A DNA stretch of 64,000 nt, taken from Thermoanaerobaculia bacterium (GTDB taxonomy: Bacteria > Acidobacteriota > Thermoanaerobaculia > Multivoradales > Multivoraceae). The position numbers were made by a program, and so were the translations under genes. How positions within the stretch are numbered: position 1 is the first letter of the stretch; the number at the start of each line of letters is the position of its first letter. The stretch covers positions 2,656,001 to 2,720,000 of the forward strand of contig OY761158.1 in the NCBI GenBank assembly GCA_963664405.1. Reading direction: 5' to 3'. Of the stretch, positions 61,120 to 64,000 are shown piece after piece. The notes beneath the pieces are model-generated. The model was not told the origin of the DNA. It worked only from the letters and a program-made list of their open reading frames with translations, and searched no databases.

Positions 61120-61910
61120 GAGCGTCGTCGTGCTGCGCTCCGCCTTTTGGCGCGGTCCTTGGCCTTTTTTTCAGCAGCCTCCTTGGCCTCCTTGCGGCGA
61201 TAGGAGTTAGCCTCGATCTTGACGATCTCGGCGTGGTGGGTGAGTCGATCGACGAGAGTGACGACGCAGGAGGCGTTGGGAAAGACCTCGGCCCATTCGG
61301 CGAAGGGCTTGTTGGTGGTGAGAAGAATGGGCTTGTTGCCGTATCTCCTGGAGACGACCTCGAAGAGGAGATCCGCGTGGCGGTGGTCGTAGGAGAGATA
61401 GCCGAGCTCATCGATTGCCAAAAGCGAGGGTCGGGTGTATTTGGAGAGCCTTCTCTGGAGCGCCGAGGGGGTTTCCTGGACGGCGAGATCGTTGAGCATG
61501 TCGGAGGCGGTGACGAAGCTGGCGGTGGCCCCTCGTTGCAGCGCCTGGTAGAGGAGGTTCTTGGCAATCATGGTCTTGCCGACACCGTTGGGTCCGAGGA
61601 GGATGACGTTGGTGATGTCGTCGAGGAATTGGAGGGTGAGCAGATCCTGGATCTGCTCGCGGTCGATGCGCTGGGGCCAGGAGAAGTCGAAGTCGGCGAT
61701 GCTCTTGAAGAGCCCGACGCGGCTGGTGCGGATGCGCCGTTCGAGGCTGCGCCGTTTGCGCTCGGCCTCTTCTTTGCGCAGCAGCTGTTCGAGCCAGGGC
61801 TGTTCTCGGTAGGTGCCCCAGTCGTCGACGAGGGCGTAGAAGCCGAGGGATCGGGCGAGCTCTCGTAGTGGTTCGTCAGGGATCGTTGGACTCTTCCTGG
61901 GTCGGGCCAT
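61116..61910 (-). CDS. istB: IS21 helper ATPase
   Basis: GPNGVGKT, LAIDELGYL, LTTNKPF, VDRLTHH. Confidence 0.95.
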   Translation of the reverse strand: MARPRKSPTIPDEPLRELARSLGFYALVDDWGTYREQPWLEQLLRKEEAERKRRSLERRIRTSRVGLFKSIADFDFSWPQRIDREQIQDLLTLQFLDDITNVILLGPNGVGKTMIAKNLLYQALQRGATASFVTASDMLNDLAVQETPSALQRRLSKYTRPSLLAIDELGYLSYDHRHADLLFEVVSRRYGNKPILLTTNKPFAEWAEVFPNASCVVTLVDRLTHHAEIVKIEANSYRRKEAKEAAEKKAKDRAKRRSAARRRS

Positions 61911-63384
61911 CGTCGTTGCCTCCAAGTTGGTCGTAGTCCTCGAGGTTGTGCGGTCTCACGGAGAGATCTCGCTGTTGGAGCTCCTGGCTGAGCGGCACCG
62001 GTAAAGCCGGGGGCTGACCGAGGCCGCGCTGGTGCCGTTCGAGTAGGAGCCGGACGGACTGGAATCGCGGTGCGTGGTTCAGGAGCGCTTCGCGCACGGC
62101 TTTGTCGAGTCGCTGGGGGCCGTACTGGCGCAGGAGTCGGAGCAGGCCGGCGGTCTGCGTTCCGAGGTTCTCGCCTCGCTCGGCGAGCTGCTGCATCAGC
62201 TCTTCGCATCGAGGCACAGCGGAAAACAGCCGATGGAAGCCCCGGTGTCGTCGGGCCCTGCGTTTGTGAGCGAGGAGCTCCTCGAGGTGTTGAGGATCGA
62301 GGATCTGCTCGCCCCGGGAGTACGAGCGAGGGTGCTCGGCGAGGAGCTCCTGGCCATCGAGGATCCGCACCCGATGCTCGCTGGCGAGGAGCGTGACGGT
62401 CCTCTGCACATGACTGTGCGGCACCGAGTAGTCGTTGAGGTCGAAGCGCACGATCGGCGTCTTTCTGACCTTGATCTCCAGTCGCAGGTCGGTTTCGAAG
62501 TCGTCTCCGGGAAGCTCAAGCAGTCGAGGTCGTTCCTGGGCCAGGGCGCTTTTCACGGTTCGCTGTCGGTCCTGCGGCCAGGGTCTGCGCTGCGACCTCT
62601 GGCACCATTCCAGGACCTGCCGATTCAGACGATCCAAATCGCTCACCGTTCGGGCGCCGAAGAACGAGCTTCGCAGGAAGCGGATTGCGCGCTCGACGCG
62701 GCCTTTCTCATTTCCCCGAGCCACCGCGGCGACGGTGGGAAGGAAGCCGTAGTGGCTGGCGAAATCGAGCAGCACGGGATGGAAGCGCACCGCGGTTCCC
62801 TGCCGCTCGATCACCGCGGTTCGCAGGTTGTCGTACAGAACGGTCCTGACGACGCCGTCGACGTAGTGGAAGGCCAGCTGGTGAGCGTGCAAGAAGGTTT
62901 CGAGACGAGTGTCGAGGGTGAAGTGCACGAAGACCGTGCGCGAGAACGACAGCACGAAGACGAAGGCATAGAGCCGACGATGTGCCCGGCCGACGCGGAG
63001 CCGACCGAAGTGGCCCCAGTCGACCTGCGCCTGCTCTCCTGGCAGCATGCGCAGCGAGAGAAACGCCTCGCGCTGGGGCTTCGGTCGCATCGAGGCCACC
63101 AGGTGGCGAAACTGATCCGGGCCTCCTGGATAGCCGCGCTCCACCACCATGGTGTAGAGACGGCTCGCCGGCAGTCGTGGGTAGGTCCCGAGCACCTGCT
63201 CGATGAACGGCAGGTAAGGATCGATCATCCTCCCTCGTCGCTGCTGGGGTAGCACGCCGGACTTCTCCAGCGCCCGGCGCACGGTTGAGGGGTGCAGCTG
63301 TAGCTGTCGAGCGATCGTGCCGACTTTCCACTTCTCGACCAGGAACAGACGACGGATCTCCCCGCGCAGCTGTGCGTCGATCAC
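61876..63384 (-). CDS. istA: IS21 transposase
   Basis: PGEQAQVDWG, VLYDN, NEKGRVER, FDLNDYSVP. Confidence 0.95.
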   Translation of the reverse strand: MIDAQLRGEIRRLFLVEKWKVGTIARQLQLHPSTVRRALEKSGVLPQQRRGRMIDPYLPFIEQVLGTYPRLPASRLYTMVVERGYPGGPDQFRHLVASMRPKPQREAFLSLRMLPGEQAQVDWGHFGRLRVGRAHRRLYAFVFVLSFSRTVFVHFTLDTRLETFLHAHQLAFHYVDGVVRTVLYDNLRTAVIERQGTAVRFHPVLLDFASHYGFLPTVAAVARGNEKGRVERAIRFLRSSFFGARTVSDLDRLNRQVLEWCQRSQRRPWPQDRQRTVKSALAQERPRLLELPGDDFETDLRLEIKVRKTPIVRFDLNDYSVPHSHVQRTVTLLASEHRVRILDGQELLAEHPRSYSRGEQILDPQHLEELLAHKRRARRHRGFHRLFSAVPRCEELMQQLAERGENLGTQTAGLLRLLRQYGPQRLDKAVREALLNHAPRFQSVRLLLERHQRGLGQPPALPVPLSQELQQRDLSVRPHNLEDYDQLGGNDDGPTQEESNDP

Positions 63385-63388
63385 GCCC

Positions 63389-63784
63389 CTATCTCCGTCG
63401 GCAACGACGAAAGCTCGTTCGCACAAACTCTCGGCAGGCCTCTCCACACTGCATGCATCGCGGATTCCTCGGGTCGTAGCGCACTTCGCGCCTCGGAGTC
63501 TCGATCCGACACAGTGTCCTCCCCGAAGTACCGCCTGGGGTACCCTGATGCGTCACTTTCTCTGCCCGCTCGCGCTGGCGCCGACGGTAGCGGGCCTGAC
63601 GGGCGGCATGACAATGCCGACCTCGGAGGCTTCGCTGGTACCGATGGCCGGCCGCCCGAGTCGATTCCCGACGAGCCACCAGAGCACAAGCCCGGCAGTA
63701 ACGCTGGCCACGGTCACAGTGCGAGCACAGCGAGATACGCCGACGGCATCGAGCACAGTCGAAGAGTCGGTAGTCCGGTCGCAT
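63389..63784 (-). CDS. Cys-rich putative zinc-binding protein upstream of istA
   Basis: CARC...CSHCDRGQRYCRAC...CMQC; stop is 4 nt before the istA GTG. Confidence 0.65.
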   Translation of the reverse strand: MRPDYRLFDCARCRRRISLCSHCDRGQRYCRACALVARRESTRAAGHRYQRSLRGRHCHAARQARYRRRQRERAEKVTHQGTPGGTSGRTLCRIETPRREVRYDPRNPRCMQCGEACREFVRTSFRRCRRR

Positions 63785-64000
63785 CGTCGCCTCCCATTCG
63801 ACGACGACCCCGACTCTCTGCCATACTGCAAGCGCAGCTAATGCTGCGGTTTGGGGCAGAGCCCGGGGCGTTTTCTACTTCGCTTTCCCGGGCTCTCGCC
63901 GTCTCTGGTCGGCCTGCTCTATCAGAGCAGAGCCCGCACTGCAAAGCCCTACACCGACTCACGCATCTCTTCCGACCGCAAACACGCCGCCGGGACCACG

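Larger units (their letters stand above)
60753..63784 (-). mobile_element. IS21 family element with two extra ORFs (other end not identified)
   Basis: TG-starting end tgttaccggc at 60753; istA-istB plus flanking co-oriented ORFs. Confidence 0.75.

Overview
GC-rich bacterial chromosome segment; gene content and order suggest an Acidobacteriota-like organism (inference only). Core blocks are amtB-glnK, purA, ccsA-hemA-hemC-hemD, sod, tRNA-Val/Asp-rpmG, ctpA, tatA/tatC, kdsD-kdsA-pyrG-kdsB, ispB, lolA, an IMPCH-only purH and tusA. Three accessory zones sit between them. (1) 3.2-13.7 kb is a putative polymorphic-toxin-like locus: a frameshifted Ig-repeat protein ending in a group XII phospholipase A2-like domain, an overlapping secreted partner gene carrying an in-frame 174-bp MITE, and a giant Ig/LVIVD/FG-GAP protein. 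(2) About 18.3-28.2 kb, next to tRNA-Lys, holds a broken sulfatase, a RIT element remnant and three nested group II introns. (3) From tRNA-Phe to the end is an IS-rich region with IS6, IS5 and IS21 elements. The best candidate for a new system is a 3.35-kb large-serine-recombinase element (51705-55061) inserted at the PWQ|N motif of an IS transposase. Joining its ends gives a symmetric attP and supplies the missing RBS and start codon of its DUF5372-like gene, so that gene appears complete only in the excised circle. No CRISPR array or rRNA was seen. Family calls come from motif recognition, not database searches.
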